Assembly (NCBI GenBank): GCA_017543005.1 | Contig: JAFWEA010000100.1 | Span: forward strand, 1-48,524 | Reading direction: 5' to 3' | Length of the DNA stretch: 48,524 nucleotides | Source: Solobacterium sp. | Lineage (GTDB): Bacteria; Bacillota_I; Bacilli_A; Erysipelotrichales; Erysipelotrichaceae | Part shown: in pieces, positions 27,236 through 36,715 of the stretch | Position numbering within the stretch: the first letter of the stretch is position 1 | Layout of the letters: every line of letters begins with the position of its first letter | Notes under the pieces: model-generated | Database searches by the model: none | What the model was told of the DNA's origin: nothing | The model's input: the letters and a program-made list of their open reading frames with translations, nothing else | Made by a program: the position numbers and the translations under genes

Positions 27236-28501
27236 GTGGACAACAAACAGATTTATGCGGCAGTTGAAATTACCGATCACGAAGTACGGCTGATTGTCGG
27301 CGAGTTTTTCAATACCCGGTTCAATATCATCAAGGTGGAACGGGTGCCGGTCAGCGGGCTTTCCGGTAACGCCGTGACCGATGAAACAGCTGTCATTGAA
27401 GCGGTCCGCAAGGCTGCGGCCGATGCCGAGAAGATGATCGGGGCGCCGGTCAAAAAAGTCATTCTCGGGCTGCCGTCCCATAACATGAAGCGTTACTCGC
27501 TGCGTTCCACGGTCAAGATCACCGGCATTGACGGTACGATCACCGTAGAGGATGTACGGGAAGCGATGCGGAAGGCGGAAGCCATCAAAATTGACAAGAA
27601 TTATGCTTTGATCCAGACCGTCTGCGTGAAGTACACGGTGAACGGCATCACCAGCCGGCGCATGCCGATCGGTGAGAAAGCCTATGAGATGACAGTGGAT
27701 ATCGACCTGCTCTGCGCGGATCGTAAACTGTCGTTTGACCTGGTAAACTGCGTGGAGAAAGCCGGTCTGCAGGTCATGGATATCTATCTGGATATCTTTG
27801 CGGTGGCCAAGGAAGCAGCCCTGTTTGAACAGGCTGTCAACCAGAATGTCATCGTGCTCAAGATGGAGCGGGAAAACACAACCCTGGGCCTGATCACCAA
27901 GGGCAAGCTGAATGCCTGCATGATCGAACCGCTCGGTGTCGGCACGATTGCCGGGGCTGCGGTGGATGCCTACGGCCTCAAGGGCGATGTGGCCACCGAG
28001 CTGGTCAAGTACAGTGTCAGACTCGATGAGCGCTCCGCTTCGGCCAATCCGGTCTACATCTGGGCCGAGAACGGAGAGACCAGAAAAATCAATGAAATGG
28101 AGCTGTATGACTGCATCAGACCGCAGGTTGATGAATGGCTGAGCAGTATCGGTGAATTATGTGGATCAATCTTGCAAGCCGGTCCGACTGCCGTTATAAT
28201 TACGGGAGAAGGCGGCGAAATGCAAGGACTTGATGTGGAATTGCAGCGTCGTCTTAAGTGTGAAGTCCGCAATTATATCCCGGAAACACTGGGTGGAAGA
28301 AATGCCGGACTGACCGCATGCCTGGGTCTGTTCTATGCCTACAAGGACAAGCTGCCCATTTCCGGCTATGTCGATTCCAGCCTTGATATGGAAGCATTCC
28401 TGAAGGCTGTATCGTACCGGGAACGGGAAAAGAACGGAACCGAGCAGGAAGATACACTCACAAACAAGTTGAGGAGAGTACTCCTTGACGGCCGGAAATA
28501 A
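27236..28501 (+). CDS. ftsA: Cell division protein FtsA (divergent)
   Basis: GTG start after AAAGGAG; actin-like layout with SHS2 insert; NCVEKAGL; directly upstream of ftsZ. Confidence 0.85.
   Translation: MDNKQIYAAVEITDHEVRLIVGEFFNTRFNIIKVERVPVSGLSGNAVTDETAVIEAVRKAAADAEKMIGAPVKKVILGLPSHNMKRYSLRSTVKITGIDGTITVEDVREAMRKAEAIKIDKNYALIQTVCVKYTVNGITSRRMPIGEKAYEMTVDIDLLCADRKLSFDLVNCVEKAGLQVMDIYLDIFAVAKEAALFEQAVNQNVIVLKMERENTTLGLITKGKLNACMIEPLGVGTIAGAAVDAYGLKGDVATELVKYSVRLDERSASANPVYIWAENGETRKINEMELYDCIRPQVDEWLSSIGELCGSILQAGPTAVIITGEGGEMQGLDVELQRRLKCEVRNYIPETLGGRNAGLTACLGLFYAYKDKLPISGYVDSSLDMEAFLKAVSYREREKNGTEQEDTLTNKLRRVLLDGRK
28172..28200 (+). promoter_or_regulatory. Sigma-A promoter inside ftsA, probably driving ftsZ
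   Basis: TTGCAA-17 bp-TATAAT in an AT-rich patch with rare codons. Confidence 0.6.
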
Positions 28502-28509
28502 GAGAGGAC

Positions 28510-29616
28510 ATGAGTATGACAGAGTTTTCGTATAATCAGATTGCCAAGATCAAGGTATTCGGCATCGGCGGTGCCGGCAGCAACGCAGTCAACAGAATGG
28601 TACAGGAAGGTGTGCAGGGTGTTGAGTTCTATGTCGCCAACACAGACCTGCAGGCCCTGGATATTTCCCCGGTAAGCAATAAGATCCAGCTGGGCAATGA
28701 AGGCCTGGGCGCCGGCGGAAATCCGGACAACGGCCGCAAGGCAGCTGTGGAAAGCGAAGCTGAAATCCGCAAGGCCATGGAAGGTGCCGACATGATCTTC
28801 CTGACAGCAGGTCTCGGCGGCGGTACAGGTACCGGTGCTTCACCGCTGTTTGCCAAGATTGCCAAGGAACTGGGCTGCCTGACCGTAGGTATCGTCACAA
28901 AGCCGTTCAGCTTCGAAGGCAGACGCCGCATGATCCAGGCAGAACAGGGTCTGGAACAGTTGAAAGAATATGTTGACAGTCTGATTATTATTTCCAATAA
29001 CAAAGTTCTCGAAGTCATCGGTCATATTCCGTTTGAAGATGCCTTCAAGGAAGCAGACAACATTCTGCGTCAGGGCGTACAGACAATCACTGACCTGATT
29101 GCCGTACCGGCCATGATCAACCTGGACTTCGCCGACATCAAGAGTGTCATGGAAGGTCAGGGCAGTGCGCTGATCGGCATCGGCATGGCTACCGGCGACA
29201 ACAAGGCGCAGGAAGCTGCTCTGAAGGCCATTCAGTCCCCGCTGCTGGAAGCGCAGATCACCGGCGCCAAGAGTGCCATCGTCAACGTTACCGGCGGTGC
29301 CTCCATGTCTGCATATGATGCTCAGGAAGCAGTCGATTATATCCGCGAAGCAGCCAACAGCGATATCGATATCATCTTCGGTGTGGCCATCAATGACAAG
29401 ATCGGTGATTCCATCATCGTTACCGTCATCGCAACCGGCTTCGACCTGCCGCAGCCGTCCTTGATCGAAACCGACCGGCCGGCTTCCGAGGCCAGCCCGG
29501 TCCAGGATGTCGTCGCCAACCAGGATGACGATGCGATCGGCTTCCGTGATTACGGCAAGGAAGAAGTTGAAGAGATCGCCGACGATTCCGGCATCCCGAA
29601 TTTCTTCAGAGGCTGA
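28510..29616 (+). CDS. ftsZ: Cell division protein FtsZ
   Basis: GGAGSNAVNRM, GLGGGTGTG, INLDFADI and C-terminal peptide IPNFFR. Confidence 0.98.
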   Translation: MSMTEFSYNQIAKIKVFGIGGAGSNAVNRMVQEGVQGVEFYVANTDLQALDISPVSNKIQLGNEGLGAGGNPDNGRKAAVESEAEIRKAMEGADMIFLTAGLGGGTGTGASPLFAKIAKELGCLTVGIVTKPFSFEGRRRMIQAEQGLEQLKEYVDSLIIISNNKVLEVIGHIPFEDAFKEADNILRQGVQTITDLIAVPAMINLDFADIKSVMEGQGSALIGIGMATGDNKAQEAALKAIQSPLLEAQITGAKSAIVNVTGGASMSAYDAQEAVDYIREAANSDIDIIFGVAINDKIGDSIIVTVIATGFDLPQPSLIETDRPASEASPVQDVVANQDDDAIGFRDYGKEEVEEIADDSGIPNFFRG

Positions 29617-29620
29617 TAAC

Positions 29621-29649
29621 AAGAACCCGCTGCGGCGGGTTTTTTCTTT
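29621..29649 (+). terminator. Intrinsic terminator after ftsZ
   Basis: AACCCGC-TGCG-GCGGGTT-TTTT. Confidence 0.8.
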
Positions 29650-29715
29650 CTGCCGGGGCAGAAGGCGGAATATTACAGATATGTTATACTGTATAGGAAC
29701 AGGGAGGACTAACGC

Positions 29716-30144
29716 ATGGAAGAAAGAGAAAAGTCATGCGGTGCAATACTCATTGATCGTCAGGATGATCAGATCCGGACGCTGATTGTGCGGCAGAATG
29801 CCGGCCACTGGGGATTCCCCAAGGGTCATGTCGAAGGGGATGAAACCGAATTCGAAACAGCGGTCCGCGAAGTAAAGGAAGAAACCGGATACAAGATCCG
29901 CAGATACGGGGAATTCCGTGATGAAACGCACTACAGCCCGCGGCCGGGGGTCATGAAGGATGTTGTTTACTTCATGGCGGAAGTGACCGGCGGCAAGCAG
30001 AAGCGGCAGAAGGAAGAAATCTCGGAGATCTGCTGGGTTTCACTGCTGGATGCGGTCGCGGTTCTGACCTTTGACAATGATGCAATGCTGCTGCGGAAGG
30101 CCATCCGTTATCTGAAGGATCACGATGATGCCGGCCTACAGTAA
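29716..30144 (+). CDS. NUDIX hydrolase, Ap4A-hydrolase-like
   Basis: HWGFPKGHVEGDETEFETAVREVKEETG Nudix box; GGGAGG SD; TGtTATACT promoter upstream. Confidence 0.88.
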   Translation: MEEREKSCGAILIDRQDDQIRTLIVRQNAGHWGFPKGHVEGDETEFETAVREVKEETGYKIRRYGEFRDETHYSPRPGVMKDVVYFMAEVTGGKQKRQKEEISEICWVSLLDAVAVLTFDNDAMLLRKAIRYLKDHDDAGLQ

Positions 30145-31033
30145 GAAATTCGTTCTCAGCACCCAGGTATCCATGCTGGCCAGAGCGGCAGTCACTGCCG
30201 GCCGTTCGCTGTGGCCCGCTTTTTCACGCTGTCCGCTCGGGCAGGAATCCTGGTCCTGTGCCATCCTGAGCGAAGGCCGGGCCGTCGGTATTTTCCGCTT
30301 CTGGCTGGAAGCACCGGATACCGTCCGCTTTTCCCTGCAGATGCCGGATGAAGGTTGGAAGAAGGAAGACCTGTACCGGTTGCTGCTGCAGATGAATGCC
30401 ATGATGATCCGGACCTGCCATCCGCACCGGATCTACTGCACACCCGCCAACCGCATGATCCGGGAGATCCTCTCGAACCAGCTCTATTACCAGAAGGGCC
30501 GCAAATGGCAGCGGCTGGTGGAGCCGTGGCGCTACCGGGTGGAAGACAATGTCTTTGATGAAGAGGGCTTCATCATTCATCAGGGCAAGATGGAAGAACT
30601 GGGCTTTGGCCTGTTCAATACGAAAGAGCGCGGCTGCGGCTGGATCGGGGCCTATAACCTGTTCCGGCTGTACGGCCATGAAATCACGATGCAGGAAGCC
30701 TCCAAGGCCCTCAGCATGTACGATCCGACCGGCAAGGTCTTCGGCCAGGATGTCTATACGCTGTACTTCTGGCTGAAGCGGCGCGGGCTGCCGGTGCACC
30801 TGACGGTATTCAGCCGCCGGGCTGTCGTGGAAGCGATGAAAAAGAGCCGGTACGGCATCCTGCTGTATATCCACCGGCACGGTTCCCACTATACGGCCTA
30901 TGAAAAAGTCGGGGAGAACAGCTTCCATTTCTTCAACGCGGTTTACGGCCGCACCCGCATGGTCATGTCGGCCGAGGAATTCCTGGCCCAGCATGCGGTC
31001 ATGCCGATGAATATGCTGATCCATATTGACTGA
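30125..31033 (+). CDS. Two-domain protein: GNAT-like N-terminus and C39-like cysteine peptidase
   Basis: C-terminal HQG..RGCGWIGAYN..GSHY..FFN (Q/C/H/N papain-like set). N-terminal CAILSEGRAVG..RIYCTPAN resembles a degenerate RimJ-type GNAT. Confidence 0.55.
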   Translation: MMPAYSKKFVLSTQVSMLARAAVTAGRSLWPAFSRCPLGQESWSCAILSEGRAVGIFRFWLEAPDTVRFSLQMPDEGWKKEDLYRLLLQMNAMMIRTCHPHRIYCTPANRMIREILSNQLYYQKGRKWQRLVEPWRYRVEDNVFDEEGFIIHQGKMEELGFGLFNTKERGCGWIGAYNLFRLYGHEITMQEASKALSMYDPTGKVFGQDVYTLYFWLKRRGLPVHLTVFSRRAVVEAMKKSRYGILLYIHRHGSHYTAYEKVGENSFHFFNAVYGRTRMVMSAEEFLAQHAVMPMNMLIHID

Positions 31034-31049
31034 ATTACAGGTAATAACA

Positions 31050-33989
31050 ATGACAATCCGAAAGATGCTCAGACAATCCGGCATAGTAACGGCGGCAGGA
31101 CTGATCCTCCTGCTGTTTTCCCGTGTTCCGGTCAAAGCGGAAGGGGAGCCGACCCCGGCAGTCCCGGATGATCTTTATCATCTGGTTGATTTCGCATCCG
31201 GTGAAGAGCTGGATACCTATACCAGCTGGCGGAGTGCCGATGCGGCTTTCCGGCAGAATGCCGACAGCAGGGACAATCTGGGCATAACCTACAACGGAAA
31301 AGTCATGAAGACGGAATACGGTGTCCTGTCATTCCGGGTGGCCCAAAGCTGCAGCGTTGATGTCGCCTTTACCTATGTCAGCGCCGGTACCCAGGGGTTT
31401 ACCAACGGGTGTGACGCGGCGGATGCGGCGTATCTCGGCACGGATGCCAACGGGCAGAATGTCGAATTCCTGCAGGCCGGAGCCAAGGGCCGCACCAGCA
31501 TCGACAACGTAACGATCATCCCGATTCAGAACCTGCCCACCCGGCTGAGTTCCTATACGGTGACTTCCGGCCGGCTTTATCACCAGATCAAGACCGATAT
31601 GGGCACCGACAACTACGCGGCTGTCGTGGACCTCGGACCGGCCCCGCAGTGGCTGGCTGAGGGCAGTGTCAGCTACAGTTATGACGGCCATTATTTCTAC
31701 CCGGAAGATCAGCTCGATATCATGCTGAATGACTATCTGTGGGATACCCGGGCAAACAGCCTGAATCCTAACAGTCCTTACTATGACTACTATCAGTTTG
31801 TGCCGCACCGCTCCTTGACCGCCGTATCACCGGAGGCTTTTGCTGCGTATCTGCAGGATACGATGGGGATTCACGGGGCGATGGACAGCTACCGGGATGA
31901 TGACAAGGACGGGGTGGACGACAACCTGAGCCGCAGCCAGCTGTACGGCATCACGGATGCCTTCTGGCAGTACCAGTATGAATACGGGGCCAATGCCATG
32001 ATGATGCTGGCTGTCAGCATGCAGGAATCCGCTTCCGGCCGCAGTGCCCTCAGCTATGCCCGCAACAACCTGTTTACCCACGCGGCCTATGACACCGATG
32101 AAGAGGCGCAGGCCGGCCGGTTTGCCAGACGCGAGAATTCCGTCTACGCCCATGCGAAGTATTATATTTCCGGTTCCTACTGCAGCCCGATGAAGCCGCA
32201 GTTCCACGGCAGTTATTTCGGCAATCTGTCTTCCGGCATGAATGTCAGCTATTCCTCTGACCCGTACTGGGGCGAAAAGATGGCCGCAGCTTACCGGCAT
32301 CTGGACGAAGCCTTCGGCAGTCCCGATTACGGCCGTTACAAGCTGGCGGTCAATACCGGTGTGACCCGGGTGGCTGTCTATGCCGAACCGCAGCTGTACG
32401 GTGATGTTCTTTACCGCATGGACCCGGAAGCCGACCAGGTCTTCATCATCCTGGATGAACTGGAAGAAGGCGGCATGCGCTGGTACCAGATCCAGTCGGA
32501 AGCGACCCTGAATGAGCAGGGCAGCGTGGACCTGGTTTATTCCTATGACTTTGAGCGGGACCGGGCCTGGATCCGGGCAGATGATGTGACCATCATCAGT
32601 GAAGGCACCGGAACTGTGCCGGAAATGGTTTCCTGCCGGTTTGACGGCATGGGCGGGGTTTTCCCGGGCAGTGCCCACAGCAGTTCCTACACGCAGCCGG
32701 CCGGGTCGATGCCGGCTGCCGGTGTGCCGGAAAAGGACAAGGCATTGTTTACCGGCTGGTCACCGGAAGTGACGACTGAGGCCGGAGAATATGAAGCGGT
32801 TTACCGGGATGTGGATCATATCGAACTGACGGCTCTGCCGAAACAGGCTTATGCGGCCGGGGAGCGGATCAGTCTATCCGGCGGCACCGTAACAGTTTCT
32901 TTCACTGACGGGGAAACTCTGGAAACAGGCCTGACAACCGATATGATCAGCGGCTTTGATCTTTCCTCACCCGGAACCCAAACCGTACAGGTGCGTTTTG
33001 CCGGCTGTGAAACCGGGTATGACATCGAGGTCAGTGCCGCAGCGGCCGAAACCCAGGACAATGTCCGCCGGGAAGTGCTGCGCATGATCGATACCTATGG
33101 GGAAAGTGAAACCCTGAGTGAAAAGGAAACCGCCGATATCCTGGCGGTCAAGGAACTGATTGATGCGAATCAGCTGCCGTATCTGACCCAGAATCAGCTG
33201 CGGGTGCTTGATAATGTGATGCGTTCGGCCATCGGTGACCGGATCCGCTACAGCATTGACAACAATGTCTATGACGTGCAGGTCTCGGGTCTTTCGGCGG
33301 CAGTGCCGCTGGGTGACTCCCTGGACCGGCGGAAGTATCTGGAAGATACCTACCGGGTACAGATGCTCAAGGGGGTATCGGAAAAAGCCGGGGAAGCCCT
33401 GAATGTACAGGCGGCCAGCCTGCAGAACGATGTCCGGGATCAGTTCGAGTTTGCCCTGCGGCGGAACTATGAACTGTTTGAACTGGCCAATCCGGTCGTT
33501 GTCAGCATTGCCAAGCCGGCCGATGCCCTGGAGGGTGAGGTCTTCACGGTGCTGTATTATGACCGGGACCGGGATGAAGTGATGCGCTGCTATACCCGGC
33601 AGACAGTCCATACGGTAAGCTTCATGACCCGCGGCAACGGCGAGTACATGCTGATATCAAGACTGACCCCGAATCTGTATGTGTCCGAGGACCCGGTCGA
33701 AGTGCTGAATGTGGCGACCCAGTCCCGTGACTTTGAAAAATACCGGGTTTATATCTCGATTGCCTCGATCCTGCTGGTGATTCTGGCAGTGCTGGGCTAT
33801 CGGTACTGGAAACAGCGCAATGAGCGCAAGGTGGCGGAAGAGCGCATCATCAAGACCGAGGAACTGGAGAACGGTCCGGATCCGCTGATTGAGTTCACCC
33901 AGGCGCTGGAACTGTATGAGACAAAGATCCTGCGGATCGATGACTGGCGGGAGGAAAACCATGATCAACACGATCGTAAACCTCAGTGA
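31050..33989 (+). CDS. Membrane-anchored GH73 glucosaminidase-domain protein with SH3-like and Ig-like domains
   Basis: Signal peptide ending VKA. GH73 motifs QESASGRS, NNLFTHAAYD and SGMNVSYSSDPYWGEK; SH3-like WYQIQ..AWIRAD; Ig-like LPKQAYAAGE..GFDLSSPGTQTVQV; C-terminal TM helix. Start uncertain (31026 or 31050). Confidence 0.8.
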   Translation: MTIRKMLRQSGIVTAAGLILLLFSRVPVKAEGEPTPAVPDDLYHLVDFASGEELDTYTSWRSADAAFRQNADSRDNLGITYNGKVMKTEYGVLSFRVAQSCSVDVAFTYVSAGTQGFTNGCDAADAAYLGTDANGQNVEFLQAGAKGRTSIDNVTIIPIQNLPTRLSSYTVTSGRLYHQIKTDMGTDNYAAVVDLGPAPQWLAEGSVSYSYDGHYFYPEDQLDIMLNDYLWDTRANSLNPNSPYYDYYQFVPHRSLTAVSPEAFAAYLQDTMGIHGAMDSYRDDDKDGVDDNLSRSQLYGITDAFWQYQYEYGANAMMMLAVSMQESASGRSALSYARNNLFTHAAYDTDEEAQAGRFARRENSVYAHAKYYISGSYCSPMKPQFHGSYFGNLSSGMNVSYSSDPYWGEKMAAAYRHLDEAFGSPDYGRYKLAVNTGVTRVAVYAEPQLYGDVLYRMDPEADQVFIILDELEEGGMRWYQIQSEATLNEQGSVDLVYSYDFERDRAWIRADDVTIISEGTGTVPEMVSCRFDGMGGVFPGSAHSSSYTQPAGSMPAAGVPEKDKALFTGWSPEVTTEAGEYEAVYRDVDHIELTALPKQAYAAGERISLSGGTVTVSFTDGETLETGLTTDMISGFDLSSPGTQTVQVRFAGCETGYDIEVSAAAAETQDNVRREVLRMIDTYGESETLSEKETADILAVKELIDANQLPYLTQNQLRVLDNVMRSAIGDRIRYSIDNNVYDVQVSGLSAAVPLGDSLDRRKYLEDTYRVQMLKGVSEKAGEALNVQAASLQNDVRDQFEFALRRNYELFELANPVVVSIAKPADALEGEVFTVLYYDRDRDEVMRCYTRQTVHTVSFMTRGNGEYMLISRLTPNLYVSEDPVEVLNVATQSRDFEKYRVYISIASILLVILAVLGYRYWKQRNERKVAEERIIKTEELENGPDPLIEFTQALELYETKILRIDDWREENHDQHDRKPQ

Positions 33990-34239
33990 GATCACCTATG
34001 AAACCGTGCCGGTGAGCGATGAACTGGTTGAAAGCATCCGCACCCGCGGCATTGCCATACCGGTCCATGTCAACCGGATGGAGGAAGGCTACAGCTGTGT
34101 GGACGGGCGGCGCCGGCTGAGCGCGGCGGCGATCCTGGCTGCCGAGGATGAACGGTTTGCCCGCATCCCGGTGGTGCTGATGAACGACTATTCCAAAGCC
34201 GGCAGCGCCTACTGGGGCAACACAAGAAACAGACACTGA
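33961..34239 (+). CDS. Stand-alone ParB/Srx N-terminal domain protein (92 aa)
   Basis: ATG 33961 after GGAGG; ELVESIRTRGIAIPVHV..YSCVDGRRRLSAA matches the ParB box (GxxRxxA). Confidence 0.8.
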   Translation: MINTIVNLSEITYETVPVSDELVESIRTRGIAIPVHVNRMEEGYSCVDGRRRLSAAAILAAEDERFARIPVVLMNDYSKAGSAYWGNTRNRH

Positions 34240-34252
34240 AAGAGGAACATAT

Positions 34253-34996
34253 ATGGAAGAAAGACTGCAGAAACTGATCGCCGAAGCCGGCGTCGCGTCC
34301 CGCCGCAAGGCCGAGGAACTGATTACGGCCGGCCGGGTCAAGGTAAACGGGCAGGTCGTGACGGAACTAGGCACCAAGGCCTCCCGGGGCGATCTGATCG
34401 AAGTGGACGGGAAACCGATCCGCCGGGAAGAAAAGGTATATTTCCTGCTGAATAAACCGAAGAAAACCGTATGCACGGTCAGTGATGAAAAGGGCCGCGA
34501 TACGGTCCTCAGCTACATGCCGGATGTCAAGGAAAGAATCTTTCCGGTCGGCCGGCTGGACTATGATACGACCGGCTGCCTGATCATGACCAATGACGGT
34601 GATTTTGCCAATCTGATGATGCACCCGCGCAGCCATGTGCCGAAGGTCTATGAAGCGGCCATTGACGGTATCCTGCTGCCGGATGAAATCGCGGCGCTGC
34701 GCAAGGGCATTCCGCTGGAAGAGGGCATGACCCTGCCGGCTTCCATCCATATCATTTCGGTAAATGAAAAGAAGATGAAAACCATCTTCTCAATCATGAT
34801 CTATGAAGGCCGCAACCGCGAAATCAAGCGGATGATGGAATACTTCCATCATTCCGTCACCCGTCTGGAACGGAAGAAATACGGTTTCCTGGACTGCCAG
34901 GGACTGCGGCAGGGCGAATATCGCCGGCTGCGCCGTTATGAGATCCGTCAGCTGATCCAGATGGCGGAAACCGGCCGGATTTCAGTCGACGGGTAA
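34253..34996 (+). CDS. rluB: 23S rRNA pseudouridine synthase RluB (RsuA family)
   Basis: S4 domain ERLQKLIAEAGVASRRKAEELI; PVGRLDYDTTG and EGRNREIKRM. Confidence 0.92.
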   Translation: MEERLQKLIAEAGVASRRKAEELITAGRVKVNGQVVTELGTKASRGDLIEVDGKPIRREEKVYFLLNKPKKTVCTVSDEKGRDTVLSYMPDVKERIFPVGRLDYDTTGCLIMTNDGDFANLMMHPRSHVPKVYEAAIDGILLPDEIAALRKGIPLEEGMTLPASIHIISVNEKKMKTIFSIMIYEGRNREIKRMMEYFHHSVTRLERKKYGFLDCQGLRQGEYRRLRRYEIRQLIQMAETGRISVDG

Positions 34997-36628
34997 ACCC
35001 AGGGCTGCGAGCCGGTCCCGGTCGGGATCAATGTAAATCGTTTTATAGCTGCCTAGCTGTACCATGCCCGGTTTTGCGCCGGGTATTTTTTTCAGCTGGG
35101 AAACCGGACAGTAATTGACCGGGACGCTGGATGAGGAACGGCCGGCAGAGTAGTATGCGGCAATTTCGGCGGCTGTGCGCAGGGTTGTCTCATCCGGATG
35201 ACTGTCATGGATGACCACATGAGCCCCATGATAATCCTTGGCATGGAGCCAGATCTCCGGCTTGCGGGCCTGATGGAAGGTCAGGGCTTCATTCTGCAGG
35301 TTGTTGCGGCCGAAGGAAATCCTGACGCCGTTGTCCAGGGTCACGGTGGTGATCTTCGGACCGGTCTGTTTCTTCTTGCGCTGGACCTGCTTTTTCTTTT
35401 CCTGCAGGTAACCGCCCCGGATGAGCTCATCCTTGATCTCTTCCGCCGTGGCAAAGTCAGCCTGTTCCAGCTGCTCGAGCAGGCCGTTGAAATACTCGAT
35501 TTCCTGCTCGCACAGGCCGATCTGTTCCTGCAGATAGATCTGGCCTTTCTTCAGCTTGCTGTAGCGGCTGTAGCACTTTCTGGCGTTCTGGCGGCCATCA
35601 AGCTTCGGATCCAGGGGGATGCGCACCGGTTCGCCGCTGTCAAAGTCTTCCAGCACGATTTCCTTCTGGCCCTTGGTATCGGCGATGCCGTAGGAGAACA
35701 GCAGATCCCCGTACTGGCGCCAGCGGTCACAGTCCTTCGCGTCATCATATTCCTTCAGCAGGCGCGGCAGCTTGGTCTTCTGGTGCTTCAGGTGCCGCTT
35801 GACAGCCTGGAACACATCACCGCTGATCTGCCTGATCCGGTCTTTTTCTTCCTTGTGGTAGTAGAGAATATCAAAGCCTTCAAACAGCGGGTAGTCCACG
35901 CATGGCCCGGTCGCGGTCAGCGGCAGGCAGTGGAAGACGGCTTCGTTGTTCCGGTTGGCGATATAGAGGCGCTTGGAGCCGGCAATTTCCTGCATGATTT
36001 CCTGCATCGACTGGCCATGAGCCATGCGGTATTCGGCTTCTTCTGCCAGGAACGGCGAAAAACCGGCAAACTGCTGGGTCAGGGTCTTGTCCGCTTCAAT
36101 GCGCCAGTCGACAAACGGATCCCGCTTGTTCTGGGGCGGGGTTTCATGGAATTTTGCGCCGGGGTGGATCGTGCGGCGGGTATTTTCAAACGGCGGGATG
36201 CGCTTGAGGGCATCAACCACCAGCCCGGCCGCATTGACCAGGATGATGTTGGCATACTTGCCCATCAGTTCCACATACAGCTTCATTTCTTCCGGATCGC
36301 CGATCTCGTTGTGCCGCCGGACGGTAAACACACACCAGCGGTCCAGATCCTTCTGGCTGAGCTCGGCCAGGGTGGCGCCTTCCAGATACTTCCGCAGCAC
36401 CATGCCGAAATTGCCAGGTTCGGCCGGGGTCGGGTAGGCGCGCTTCGTCATCAGCATCCGGTTGTACTGCGAATGACAGGAGATCATCAGCTGCTGCTTG
36501 CCATTGCGGCCATGCACATGAAACAGCACTTCCGTCGTGGAAATCTGATAAATCCGCTGGATGCGCAGGGGCAGCAGCGGGGAGATTTCCTGTATGATTT
36601 TATGCAGCAGAATACCGTCCAGAGCCAT
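34982..36628 (-). CDS. rqcH: Ribosome quality control factor RqcH (NFACT/FbpA)
   Basis: MALDG start, FGMVLRKYL, ELMGKYANIIL, GRNNLQNE and WLHAKDYHGAHVVI. Confidence 0.93.
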   Translation of the reverse strand: MALDGILLHKIIQEISPLLPLRIQRIYQISTTEVLFHVHGRNGKQQLMISCHSQYNRMLMTKRAYPTPAEPGNFGMVLRKYLEGATLAELSQKDLDRWCVFTVRRHNEIGDPEEMKLYVELMGKYANIILVNAAGLVVDALKRIPPFENTRRTIHPGAKFHETPPQNKRDPFVDWRIEADKTLTQQFAGFSPFLAEEAEYRMAHGQSMQEIMQEIAGSKRLYIANRNNEAVFHCLPLTATGPCVDYPLFEGFDILYYHKEEKDRIRQISGDVFQAVKRHLKHQKTKLPRLLKEYDDAKDCDRWRQYGDLLFSYGIADTKGQKEIVLEDFDSGEPVRIPLDPKLDGRQNARKCYSRYSKLKKGQIYLQEQIGLCEQEIEYFNGLLEQLEQADFATAEEIKDELIRGGYLQEKKKQVQRKKKQTGPKITTVTLDNGVRISFGRNNLQNEALTFHQARKPEIWLHAKDYHGAHVVIHDSHPDETTLRTAAEIAAYYSAGRSSSSVPVNYCPVSQLKKIPGAKPGMVQLGSYKTIYIDPDRDRLAALGLPVD

Positions 36629-36715
36629 GATCTCACCTCACCTGGAACATTATATCTCATGATTGACTGATTGTCTTTCGGCGGTGTAACCTTATGGCAG
36701 GGAGGATACCTTGAA

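Noticed and set aside
34982-34996. Convergent 15-bp overlap of rluB and rqcH as antisense regulation
   Set aside because: Short tail-to-tail overlaps are common in compact genomes, and there is no further evidence.
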